Shown here piece by piece: positions 36,615 to 44,687 of a stretch of 64,000 bases of DNA (position 1 is the stretch's first letter; the number at the start of each line of letters is the position of its first letter). This stretch comes from an uncultured Alphaproteobacteria bacterium. GTDB taxonomy: Bacteria > Pseudomonadota > Alphaproteobacteria > Rs-D84. The position numbers and the translations under genes were made by a program. The notes beneath the pieces are model-generated. The model searched no databases. It had not been told where the DNA came from and worked only from the letters and a program-made list of their open reading frames with translations. The stretch spans positions 22,633 through 86,632 of the forward strand of contig CALXML010000002.1 of NCBI GenBank assembly GCA_944389465.1. Reading direction: 5' to 3'.

Positions 36615-37222
36615 TCAGTTACTGTAATAACAATTTGCAGTATATGTATAATTGCCCGTGGAATCAGAACCTGTCCGACCAGCCGGTAAATAGCAATTGG
36701 TTATGGCCGTACTGCCCGCGGACGACGTGCCCCCATTTGGACACCCGATGTTCCGTTTGTGGTACTGCCGTAATATCCCGCCGCACAGCGATAACTGTAC
36801 GTTGTTTTGCATGTGGTGCTGTCCGAACATGAACGTGTTGCCAGTTGTTGGTATCCTGTGCCCGCGGCCGACCAAGATGTGTCACTTTTGCAATTTGAAC
36901 TGGTACAGGTTAATGCACACGTTTTGTATTGCAATGTGTTTGTTCCACTGCCGCAATTGACAGTGGTTGTTTTGGTCAGCATGGTATACCCGCTGGGGCA
37001 CAATATGCATGTTGTGACGCCAACCAATTCGCTTTCGCCACCAACACATGTTGCCGATGCTCTACCTGAACAATTTTGGGCCAAATTAATGACGCCCGCA
37101 TCATCCGCCGTGCATGCCATGGCGCGACATATAGTAGCACCAGATAAGGCATTTGCTGATATCGGTATGCCCCAGCATCCAATCGCCAAAATTGACGGGA
37201 TTAAATATGATGATTTTTTCAT
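36615..37222 (-). pseudogene. secreted Cys-rich protein with GCC2_GCC3/ephrin-receptor-like repeats, frameshifted
   Basis: Signal peptide MKKSSYLIPSILAIGCWGIPISANA. ORFs 36701-37267 and 36615-36875 join as ..CAAGYYGSTTNGTSG|CPNGGTSSAGSTAITNCYLPAG.. if one nt is added near the CCC run at 36744-36746. The 608-nt span is not a multiple of 3. Confidence 0.65.
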
Positions 37223-37250
37223 TTTTCCTGTTCCCTTTTTTGTTTTAGTT

Positions 37251-37475
37251 AAACAAAAAACCACCAAAACCTTGGTGGTCGGGAGTTGGAAAAATCATAG
37301 AAGTTAATGATCCGCTGGGTTTTGGCAAATGCCTGTTGTATAACCAGCACATCCCGACCCAATAAAAGTCAGGAAATGTACGTACATTGACGCACATATA
37401 AAATAACGACACGGACAACATTTCCGCACCGAACTTCTAGGGGATTTTCCAAGTCCCAAAACCAACAATCATTGG
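37251..37475 (-). promoter_or_regulatory. structured leader RNA with intrinsic terminator, copy 3 of 3 (most divergent)
   Basis: Minus strand: P0 CCAA-TGATTG-TTGG. P1 GTCGGGA (37350-58) pairs with TCCCGAC (37278-85). P2 GCTGG/CCAGC, conserved TTATACAACAGG, P2b GGC-ATTT-GCC, P3 ATCA/TGAT. Terminator CCACCAAGGTTTTGGTGG plus T6. Start codon 29 nt downstream. Confidence 0.75.
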
Positions 37476-37594
37476 TTTCGTTTGCCGGTATAGCCGGATA
37501 ATACAGGAAAAACAAGCCATAAAACATTTTACATTTTTTATAAAAAACTGCTTGCATTTATTCCAAGAACAATATAATATATGCTTTGCTCGTT

Positions 37595-37672
37595 GGGGTT
37601 GTAGCTCAGCTGGTTTAGAGCGTCTGCCTGTCACGCAGAAGGTCGCGGGTTCGAGCCCCGTCAATCCCGCCA
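37595..37672 (+). tRNA. tRNA-Asp (anticodon GUC)
   Basis: GGGGTTGTAGCTCAGCTGGTTTAGAGCGTCTGCCTGTCACGCAGAAGGTCGCGGGTTCGAGCCCCGTCAATCCCGCCA. Loop CTGTCAC, encoded CCA. Confidence 0.95.
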
Positions 37673-37680
37673 GAAATAAT

Positions 37681-37707
37681 CAGTCACCATATTGGTGGCT
37701 GTTTTTT
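37681..37707 (+). terminator. intrinsic terminator after tRNA-Asp
   Basis: CAGTCACCA-TAT-TGGTGGCTG hairpin followed by TTTTTT. Confidence 0.8.
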
Positions 37708-37793
37708 ATTTGCAAATTATACGGAATAATATTCTGTTGCTATATTTGGGCAAATTGCTATACTTATACCCGAACACAAATAAAGGGGAAAAT

Positions 37794-38276
37794 ATGAACA
37801 TTAAATCTTTTGCTTTGGTTGCGGGCGTGTTGGCGTTGGCTGCATGTGGCGATAACACACCAAACCCAGAATTGTTAAAGGGCGCAAACTTTGTTGCCGC
37901 GGGTACTGGCGCGGATATTACCCTGTCTTTTGATGCAAACGAAATGCGCGTAAATGGTCAGGTGGTAAATCTGTATAACGGTTCATACGAAGTAAATGGT
38001 GACAAAATTAAATTCAGCCCATTTGCGTCCACTATGATGATGGGCCCAATGGATGCGATGCAAACAGAACAGGATTATTTCCAGTTTATGACAACGGTTG
38101 AATCATACGATTTGTCTGATGGTCGTTTGACACTGAAAAACGCCGACGGCAAAGAAATCGTGTTTCAACAGGTTGAACCAACCACAGAGGTTATAGAGGA
38201 AACCACCGTCACAGAAGATGTTCCTGCCGATGCAGTTGCGATTCCTGTTGCATCCGAACCTGCAACCGCGGAATAA
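37794..38276 (+). CDS. META domain (HslJ-like) lipoprotein
   Basis: Lipobox VLALAACG at the internal ATG 37794 (AAAGGGGAA SD). ..ITLSFDANEMRVNGQVVNLYNGSYEVNGDKIKFSPFASTMMMGP..TEQDYF.. matches the META pattern. Confidence 0.75.
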   Translation: MNIKSFALVAGVLALAACGDNTPNPELLKGANFVAAGTGADITLSFDANEMRVNGQVVNLYNGSYEVNGDKIKFSPFASTMMMGPMDAMQTEQDYFQFMTTVESYDLSDGRLTLKNADGKEIVFQQVEPTTEVIEETTVTEDVPADAVAIPVASEPATAE

Positions 38277-38304
38277 TTAAATATTAATAACCGGTATAAA
38301 AGCC

Positions 38305-38333
38305 TTGACATCTGGTTAAATGCCGGTTATAAT
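38305..38333 (+). promoter_or_regulatory. consensus sigma70 promoter for tRNA-Glu
   Basis: TTGACA (38305-10), 17 nt, TATAAT (38328-33). Confidence 0.8.
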
Positions 38334-38378
38334 TTGCCAGCGTTTTGAATATATTCAAAATGTACAGATGGCAGTTTT

Positions 38379-38454
38379 GGCCCCATCGTCTAGAGGCCTA
38401 GGACACCGCCCTTTCAAGGCGAGAACACCAGTTCGAATCTGGTTGGGGCTGCCA
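38379..38454 (+). tRNA. tRNA-Glu (anticodon UUC)
   Basis: GGCCCCATCGTCTAGAGGCCTAGGACACCGCCCTTTCAAGGCGAGAACACCAGTTCGAATCTGGTTGGGGCTGCCA. Close to E. coli tRNA-Glu. G1-U72 wobble. Confidence 0.93.
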
Positions 38455-38465
38455 AGATAAAAAAA

Positions 38466-38487
38466 CGACCCTTGCGGTCGTTTTTTT
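38466..38487 (+). terminator. intrinsic terminator after tRNA-Glu
   Basis: CGACCCTTGCGGTCG hairpin followed by TTTTTTT. Confidence 0.8.
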
Positions 38488-38627
38488 ATTTTGCTGTCTG
38501 CACCCCAGATTTGAACTGGTACAGTTCGTGCGCGCAGTTGGTGAAAACCCGCGGCAGCGGGTTTGAACCTTACCGAGCCGAAAGGGGCCCGCCGCGTATG
38601 CGCGGTGGGAATTTACAATCTGGCCCC

Positions 38628-38670
38628 GCTGCCAAGATAAAAAAACTACCCTTGCGGTCGTTTTTTATTG
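38628..38670 (+). repeat. duplicate of the tRNA-Glu 3' end plus terminator
   Basis: GCTGCCAAGATAAAAAAACTACCCTTGCGGTCGTTTTTT is near-identical to 38448-38490. It is preceded by a degenerate T-arm-like GGGAATTTACAATCTGG. Confidence 0.8.
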
Positions 38671-38687
38671 GTCAAAACAAAATTTCT

Positions 38688-38717
38688 TTGATTTTAATAC
38701 ATATCTGTGTTTATAAT
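38688..38717 (+). promoter_or_regulatory. sigma70-like promoter for leader RNA copy 2
   Basis: TTGATT (38688-93), 18 nt, TATAAT (38712-17). Confidence 0.6.
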
Positions 38718-38728
38718 ATTTTTTAAAT

Positions 38729-38960
38729 CAGTGGGGACACTGGTTTGGGGCTGTCGAAAGCCTTGTATATCCGGTGCAAAACATAGCGGTTCATCGTTAT
38801 CCAGACATTCCTATGGTTTTGCGTCGTTATTTATCCCTGACTTAATACGAAGTCGGGGAGCTGTTTGTTATACAACAGGGCTTGCCCGAAAGCAACAGAA
38901 TCATTGATATACTGATTTTCGAACTCCCCGACCGCCGTGTCTTTACTGGGCGGTCTTTTT
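38729..38960 (+). promoter_or_regulatory. structured leader RNA with intrinsic terminator, copy 2 of 3
   Basis: P0 CAGTG-GGGA-CACTG. P1 GTCGGGGAG (38852-60) pairs with CTCCCCGAC (38924-32). P2 CTGT/ACAG, GTTATACAACAGG, P2b GGG-CTTG-CCC, P3 AATCA/TGATT. Terminator GACCGCC..GGCGGTC plus T5. Start codon 18 nt downstream. Confidence 0.75.
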
Positions 38961-38977
38961 GTATACAGGGGTACACC

Positions 38978-41251
38978 ATGAAATTATTCAGAAAATCAGT
39001 TAAACAAGACAGATGTGCACAATCTGCAGAAATCAATCCAGATATTCAAATAATTCAAAATTCCAAATATTTTGATAAAAAATGGTATCTTAAAACATAT
39101 CCTGATGTTGCGCGTGCCCATTGTAATCCCGCCGAACACTATTTAACATTTGGGTGGCATGAAAACAGACGCCCATCGCACAATTTTAATGGTCAAAATT
39201 ATTGGAATATATATCCAGAATCCAAAAATATGAACCCGTTATTGCACTATGAAAAAATAGGCAAGCAATCTGGTGCGCGTATTGATGGAAATTTCAAATT
39301 TACGAATTTTGAATTAATCAAAAAGACTGATAAAAATATAGTCTTTCCAAAATTTTCTGATATCAAGGTCAGTATAATTATACCTGTATACAATAATTTT
39401 TATTATACCAAGTTATGTTTGCAATCTATATTAAACAACACGCACGGTATTTCGTACGAGATTATAATTGCAGATGATAATTCAACCGATGAAACAAAAA
39501 ACATCTTGCGGCACATAAAAAACATTCGGGTTGTTCGGAACAGTGAAAATCTGCGTTTTCTGAAGAATTGTAATAATGCGGCCACATATGCCCGTGGGGA
39601 ATACCTGTGCTTTTTAAATAATGATACCCAAGTTCAACGGGATTGGCTGAAATTCTTGGTTGATGCCATAGAGAAAGATTCATCCATTGGCTTGGTTGGG
39701 TCAAAACTGATTTATCCTGATGGCACATTACAAGAGGCCGGCGGTATTATATACACTGATGCATCGGGGTGTAATTATGGTCGCAACGATGACCCAGACT
39801 GTATTTGGTATAATTATGTCAAAGAAACAGATTATATTTCTGGGGCATCTATTTTATTACGCAATAAAACGTGGAAAAAACTGGGCGGGTTTGATGAAAC
39901 TTTTGCCCCCGCGTATTACGAAGATACAGATTTAGCATTTCAAATCAGATATAAACTGGGACAGAAAGTAATGTACATTCCGCGGTCTGTGGTTGTTCAT
40001 TTTGAAGGAAAATCAAACGGCACAGATACGACCAGCGGCCAAAAAAAATATCAGGTAATAAACCGGCAAAAATTTTTCAGGAAATGGAAAAAAGAACTGT
40101 ATAAATACCATTGTCGTCCGACAAACAATAATTTTCTGGCGCGCGATAATGCCGTGTCAAAACAATCTGTTTTGGTAATTGATTGGAAAATTTTGTCTTT
40201 TACCAAAGATACAGGTTCACGTGCAACGTGGCAATATATGAAATTATTTCAAAGCCACGGTTTAAATGTAAAATTGTACCCGCACGATTGGTACATAGAA
40301 GGCGATTATTTACAGCAACATTTGGATAATGGCTTTGAAGTGATACATCAAAATTTTGCGGAATATATTAAAAATTTTGGCTCGCAGTTTGACTATGTTT
40401 ACCTGAATCGTCCGAATATTGCGCCAAAGTATATAGACTTGTTACGTAAATACACGCACGCAAAAATAATATATCAGTGTCACGATTTGCATTATCTGCG
40501 CCAATACAGAAACAGAATGTTAACCGATGAAACGACGGCGGTTGAAAAATTGCAGTCTGAAAAAGATATGGAATTTAATTTATTTTCAAAAATGGATGTA
40601 ACCTGTACATTTTCTTTTGACGAAGTGCGTGAAATTCAAAATACAGACGAAACAATAAACGCACGTCAAATACCGTTATACATATTAAATCCAGACGATA
40701 TGGCGCAATATACATACAGTGCGCGCAAACGCAAAAACATTATGTTTGTTGCCGGATTTCAACATACCCCGAACATAGACGGTGCAATTTGGTTTGTAAA
40801 AAATGTATTTCCAAAAATCAAGCAACAGTACAAAGATATAAAATTGTATTTGGTTGGCTCTAATCCGACCGATGAAATATTACAATTGGCATCAAAAGAC
40901 GTCATTGTAACAGGCTTTGTAACAGATGCTGAATTGGATAAATTTTATTCTGAAATCAGACTGGTTGTTGTGCCATTACGAACCGGTGCCGGCGTCAAAG
41001 GCAAAATAATTGAATCTGTGTTTCACAAAGTGCCCGTAATCACAACTGATATAGGCATAGAAGGCATAGATAATTCGTCCAAGCAAATAATTGTGAAAAA
41101 TTCTGCATCAGAATTTGCAAAATCTGTATGCGATTTATACACAAATTATACGGAACTGGATACAAAATCAAAAAATTCAGCACAATTTATTAAGAAATAT
41201 TTTTCTGAAAGTGCCGCAGTAAACGCACTGCGTGATTATATGAAATTATAA
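38978..41251 (+). CDS. bifunctional glycosyltransferase (N-terminal YPDV/NPLLHY repeat, GT2 domain, GT4 domain)
   Basis: Internal ATG 38978. VSIIIPVYNNFYYT..YEIIIADDNSTDET (GT2 DxD region). C-terminal ..VVPLRTGAGVKGKIIESVFHKVPVITTDIG (GT1/GT4 EX7E-type). Confidence 0.8.
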   Translation: MKLFRKSVKQDRCAQSAEINPDIQIIQNSKYFDKKWYLKTYPDVARAHCNPAEHYLTFGWHENRRPSHNFNGQNYWNIYPESKNMNPLLHYEKIGKQSGARIDGNFKFTNFELIKKTDKNIVFPKFSDIKVSIIIPVYNNFYYTKLCLQSILNNTHGISYEIIIADDNSTDETKNILRHIKNIRVVRNSENLRFLKNCNNAATYARGEYLCFLNNDTQVQRDWLKFLVDAIEKDSSIGLVGSKLIYPDGTLQEAGGIIYTDASGCNYGRNDDPDCIWYNYVKETDYISGASILLRNKTWKKLGGFDETFAPAYYEDTDLAFQIRYKLGQKVMYIPRSVVVHFEGKSNGTDTTSGQKKYQVINRQKFFRKWKKELYKYHCRPTNNNFLARDNAVSKQSVLVIDWKILSFTKDTGSRATWQYMKLFQSHGLNVKLYPHDWYIEGDYLQQHLDNGFEVIHQNFAEYIKNFGSQFDYVYLNRPNIAPKYIDLLRKYTHAKIIYQCHDLHYLRQYRNRMLTDETTAVEKLQSEKDMEFNLFSKMDVTCTFSFDEVREIQNTDETINARQIPLYILNPDDMAQYTYSARKRKNIMFVAGFQHTPNIDGAIWFVKNVFPKIKQQYKDIKLYLVGSNPTDEILQLASKDVIVTGFVTDAELDKFYSEIRLVVVPLRTGAGVKGKIIESVFHKVPVITTDIGIEGIDNSSKQIIVKNSASEFAKSVCDLYTNYTELDTKSKNSAQFIKKYFSESAAVNALRDYMKL

Positions 41252-41261
41252 GGAGTATCAA

Positions 41262-42188
41262 ATGTTTTTTACAAAAAGCAAAGAAACATACGCGCCGATT
41301 GCCATGTTTGTGTATAACAGAATTGACCACCCATTACAGGTCATAGACAGTTTATTGCAAAACACTGAATCCAAATACACAGATTTATACATATTTTCTG
41401 ATGGCCCAAGGTATCTGAACGATATAACACCCATATCGTCATTAAGAAAAAAATTACATAAAGTTCGTGGCTTTAAATCTGTTACTGTATTTGAACGCAA
41501 AACAAATTACGGTTTGGCAATAAATTTAATAGACGGCATTTCCAGAGTATTGGAAACAAATGATTCCGTCATAGTAATAGAAGACGATATCGTTGTAAAT
41601 ACTAATTTTTTGGCATTTATGAACCAATGTTTACAGAAATATAAAAATAATCATCAGATATTTACTGTTCAGGCAACAACTGGCGACCCAGATAATGTTT
41701 CAGATGTCATAACACGTGCCCAGCCTGATTGCTGGGGGTGGGCAATATGGAAAGACAGATGGGATTTGTTTGAAAGAAATGTTGCCGGCGCATTTATGGA
41801 TATAAACGCAAATGATATGGAATTACGCAGAAAATTAAATAATAACAACAGCATAAATATATCGTGGCAAATTGACGCAAATTTGCGAAATCAACGCAGT
41901 ACATGGGGAATATACCTGAATTATACGTCAATAAAGTATAATAAATTAAATATCTTTCCGCGGTATCAAATCATAAAAAACATTGGTCAGGATGGCACAG
42001 GTGTTCATGGCTGTGTTGAAAACACTGCGGATATAAATCCGCGGTGGAATACTAAAAATTTCATTCTGCCAAATAATCCCCCATTTCAAAACATTGATGG
42101 AATGCCAAATAACGATGTTTTGAAATATAACGAAAATTTGCGTGCAGAATTAAACACAGAAAAATACCTGTCACTGATAAATAAATAG
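41262..42188 (+). CDS. glycosyltransferase (GNT-I-like/GT-A fold)
   Basis: APIAMFVYNRIDHPLQVIDSL..., YIFSDGP and VIVIEDDIVV motifs. AAGGAG SD. Same operon as the GT2-GT4 gene. Confidence 0.6.
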   Translation: MFFTKSKETYAPIAMFVYNRIDHPLQVIDSLLQNTESKYTDLYIFSDGPRYLNDITPISSLRKKLHKVRGFKSVTVFERKTNYGLAINLIDGISRVLETNDSVIVIEDDIVVNTNFLAFMNQCLQKYKNNHQIFTVQATTGDPDNVSDVITRAQPDCWGWAIWKDRWDLFERNVAGAFMDINANDMELRRKLNNNNSINISWQIDANLRNQRSTWGIYLNYTSIKYNKLNIFPRYQIIKNIGQDGTGVHGCVENTADINPRWNTKNFILPNNPPFQNIDGMPNNDVLKYNENLRAELNTEKYLSLINK

Positions 42189-42280
42189 GAATTTTTTCTG
42201 CTATACAAATACGCGAATTTTGGATAAAATTCAACTATGTCTAGAATTTAGTCTAGATATATCAATCAGAGGAGAGAAAT

Positions 42281-42511
42281 ATGACGCACAGTAACATATG
42301 GCGGGCAATTGATAAAATCGCATTAAAAATGGGTATGAGTTGTTCTGGTTTGGCGCGGGCATGTGGGATGGATGCCACCGCGTTTAACAAAAGTAAACGC
42401 ATATCTAAATATGGAAAACTGCATTGGCCATCGTTCAGTACAATTTCAAAAATAGCAAATGTTGCAAACCTGTCACCCGAAGAATTTGGCAAATTTATGC
42501 GTCAAAAATAA
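42281..42511 (+). CDS. small helix-turn-helix DNA-binding protein (phage-repressor N-terminal-like)
   Basis: ..IWRAIDKIALKMGMSCSGLARACGMDATAFNKSKRIS..G..HWPSFSTISKI.. is a pattern common to alphaproteobacterial HTH proteins. GAGGAGAG SD. Confidence 0.65.
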   Translation: MTHSNIWRAIDKIALKMGMSCSGLARACGMDATAFNKSKRISKYGKLHWPSFSTISKIANVANLSPEEFGKFMRQK

Positions 42512-42513
42512 CC

Positions 42514-42539
42514 CACCGCCCAAACGGGCGGTGTTTTTT
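42514..42539 (+). terminator. intrinsic terminator
   Basis: CACCGCCCAAACGGGCGGTG followed by TTTTTT. Confidence 0.8.
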
Positions 42540-42544
42540 ATGGG

Positions 42545-42570
42545 ATAAAAAACGGGACGTATGTCCCGTT
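42545..42570 (-). terminator. intrinsic terminator after the oleate hydratase gene
   Basis: Minus strand AACGGGACATACGTCCCGTT followed by TTTTT. Confidence 0.75.
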
Positions 42571-42573
42571 GTG

Positions 42574-44346
42574 CTATATTAATTTTGCATCGTGCAGTAA
42601 TTGTTCCAAATATGTTCCACGAACGTGTTTCATTCCCTGTTTTTCCAACAGTTTTATTACCCATGGAACATCCAGTTCGCGTAATTTTTTACAGTCATTC
42701 AGATAATATACACTTTGCAACAGCATCCGTATGTCAAAGCATGAATCAAATACTTCGGGTACACCACGGTCAATATTTAACAGGGTATACACGGCCTGCA
42801 TCGCGGTGCGTACGGAATATTCTGTTGTAAACACTGTGTCGCGTTCTGTTTCTGCATAATTACCAATAAATGCCAAATTCACTGAACCGCGTGGCACAAC
42901 CAATGGCCTGTCGCCCAGTGCACGTGGCATAAAATATGTTGTTATGTATGGCATATGACACGGAACAGTACTGGCGCGATTATTTGCAATATCGTCAATT
43001 TGCGATACTGGCACACCAATATGGTACAGCCATTCTGCACACAATTCTGCACCGGTACAGTCTGCTATTTTCTTTTTCACATAATTTCCATCAGTATCAG
43101 ACAGCAACCCATATGTCCAAACGACAATTTCATTTGGCTTTTGTGCACGAAAATGTGGTTGGCGTGAAATACTGAACCCGTACAGCCAATTAGAATCTTT
43201 TATCGTAACAGGACCACTGCTGACAATTGAACCACTGTGCGGGTCTTTTTTACATATTTTCTTTATATACGGAACAACAGTGTCATCAAACAAAGTGATT
43301 GTCGCAGATATAACCCAATTGGCATCTGGGATGTTTTCACAGAATTTTTCAGGTTTGCCAAATTCGTCACACTGTGCGGCCAAATTTTTCCATAATTGCC
43401 ATGATGCACCCAGTTCGTGTTTCTTGTCTGCCGGCGTATTATTGTCACCGTATGTGGTGCTTTCAGTTATTGAACCATTTGTGACAAAAACCAAATCATC
43501 AGGTGTTAATTTAATTTCACGTTTGCGACCTGACTTGGTTAATTCCAGTTTCTTTGCGACTTTTTTATCAGGTTTGCAATTAACAACCACATTTGTCACG
43601 ATTGTATCAAAGTGAAATTTTACACCACGCGATTCCAGCCATTTTACCAGTGGGGTTATCAGTGATTCATATTGATTGTATTTGGTAAATTTTAATGCTG
43701 ACATATCCGCCAGTTTTCCAACATGGTGGATAAATCGCAAAATATAGCGACGCATTTCCATTGCGCTGGACCACCGTTCAAACGCAAACATTGTCGCCCA
43801 ATATAACCAAAAGTTAGATTCAAAAAATTCATCGCCAAAAACTTGGTCTATTTGAACATCTTGTAATTTTTCTTCTGGCGTCAGTGCCAAATCAATCAAT
43901 TCGCGGATTGCCTTTGGTGTCAGTGTTAATTTGCCATCGTCACGCATTCTGTGGCCACGCCGTTCAATTGCGCGACAATGCGAAAAACTGGGGTCTGATT
44001 TATTCAGCCAATAAAATTCATCCAAAACGGAAACATCTGAATTTTCCAACGACGGAATGGAACGGAATAAATCCCACAGGGTTTCAAAGTGCGCCTCCAT
44101 TTCGCGGCCACCACGAATGATAAAGCCCCGCTGTGGATTTTTTATGCCATCCATACTGCCGCCGGCGATGGGCAATTCTTCAAAAACATGGATTTTATTG
44201 CCACGCATTTTGCCGTCACGAATCATAAATACGGCTGCCGCCAAACCAGCCAGTCCGCCACCAATAATATATGCAGATTTCTTTGCTGCATCTGCTGGGG
44301 GCATTGGTGCGGCAAAGGCCTCGTAATTACCATTGCTGTAATACAT
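42574..44346 (-). CDS. ohyA: oleate hydratase (MCRA family, FAD-dependent)
   Basis: MYYSNGNYEAF..., AYIIGGGLAGLAAAVFMIRDG FAD motif, HFETLWDLFRSIPSLE, 590 aa. Confidence 0.9.
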   Translation of the reverse strand: MYYSNGNYEAFAAPMPPADAAKKSAYIIGGGLAGLAAAVFMIRDGKMRGNKIHVFEELPIAGGSMDGIKNPQRGFIIRGGREMEAHFETLWDLFRSIPSLENSDVSVLDEFYWLNKSDPSFSHCRAIERRGHRMRDDGKLTLTPKAIRELIDLALTPEEKLQDVQIDQVFGDEFFESNFWLYWATMFAFERWSSAMEMRRYILRFIHHVGKLADMSALKFTKYNQYESLITPLVKWLESRGVKFHFDTIVTNVVVNCKPDKKVAKKLELTKSGRKREIKLTPDDLVFVTNGSITESTTYGDNNTPADKKHELGASWQLWKNLAAQCDEFGKPEKFCENIPDANWVISATITLFDDTVVPYIKKICKKDPHSGSIVSSGPVTIKDSNWLYGFSISRQPHFRAQKPNEIVVWTYGLLSDTDGNYVKKKIADCTGAELCAEWLYHIGVPVSQIDDIANNRASTVPCHMPYITTYFMPRALGDRPLVVPRGSVNLAFIGNYAETERDTVFTTEYSVRTAMQAVYTLLNIDRGVPEVFDSCFDIRMLLQSVYYLNDCKKLRELDVPWVIKLLEKQGMKHVRGTYLEQLLHDAKLI

Positions 44347-44469
44347 AATCTCTCTCCCTTGGTATGGTTAATTGTGCATAAAAATATTACACTGCAGATG
44401 GTGCAAAAATAAACAGGACAGATTTCCATTAAATTTGACAATTTGCATTTTATGCAGTTAAATACAGAT

Positions 44470-44589
44470 ATGCGCAAAATATGTCTTGGATTTTTATTAA
44501 TATCAACACTGATTGTTACCGGATGCGGCGTAAAGTCAGATTTGGTTGTGCCAAATCCGTCATTCCCGCGTAATTACCCAGTGCATTAA
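44470..44589 (+). CDS. small lipoprotein (LptM/YifL-like, LPAM-type)
   Basis: Not in ORF track (39 aa). MRKICLGFLLISTLIVTGCGVKSDLVVPNPSFPRNYPVH has lipobox VTGCG followed by a K..L..P pattern. Confidence 0.6.
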   Translation: MRKICLGFLLISTLIVTGCGVKSDLVVPNPSFPRNYPVH

Positions 44590-44602
44590 AATAGTTGGAA
44601 TT

Positions 44603-44687
44603 TGGTGGGCGTACAGAGATTTGAACTCTGACGGGTTTCCCCACTGGAACCTAAATCCAGCGCGTCTACCAGTTTCGCCATACGCCC
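44603..44687 (-). tRNA. tRNA-Leu (anticodon UAG)
   Basis: GGGCGTATGGCGAAACTGGTAGACGCGCTGGATTTAGGTTCCAGTGGGGAAACCCGTCAGAGTTCAAATCTCTGTACGCCCACCA. Long variable arm, loop TTTAGGT, encoded CCA. Confidence 0.93.
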
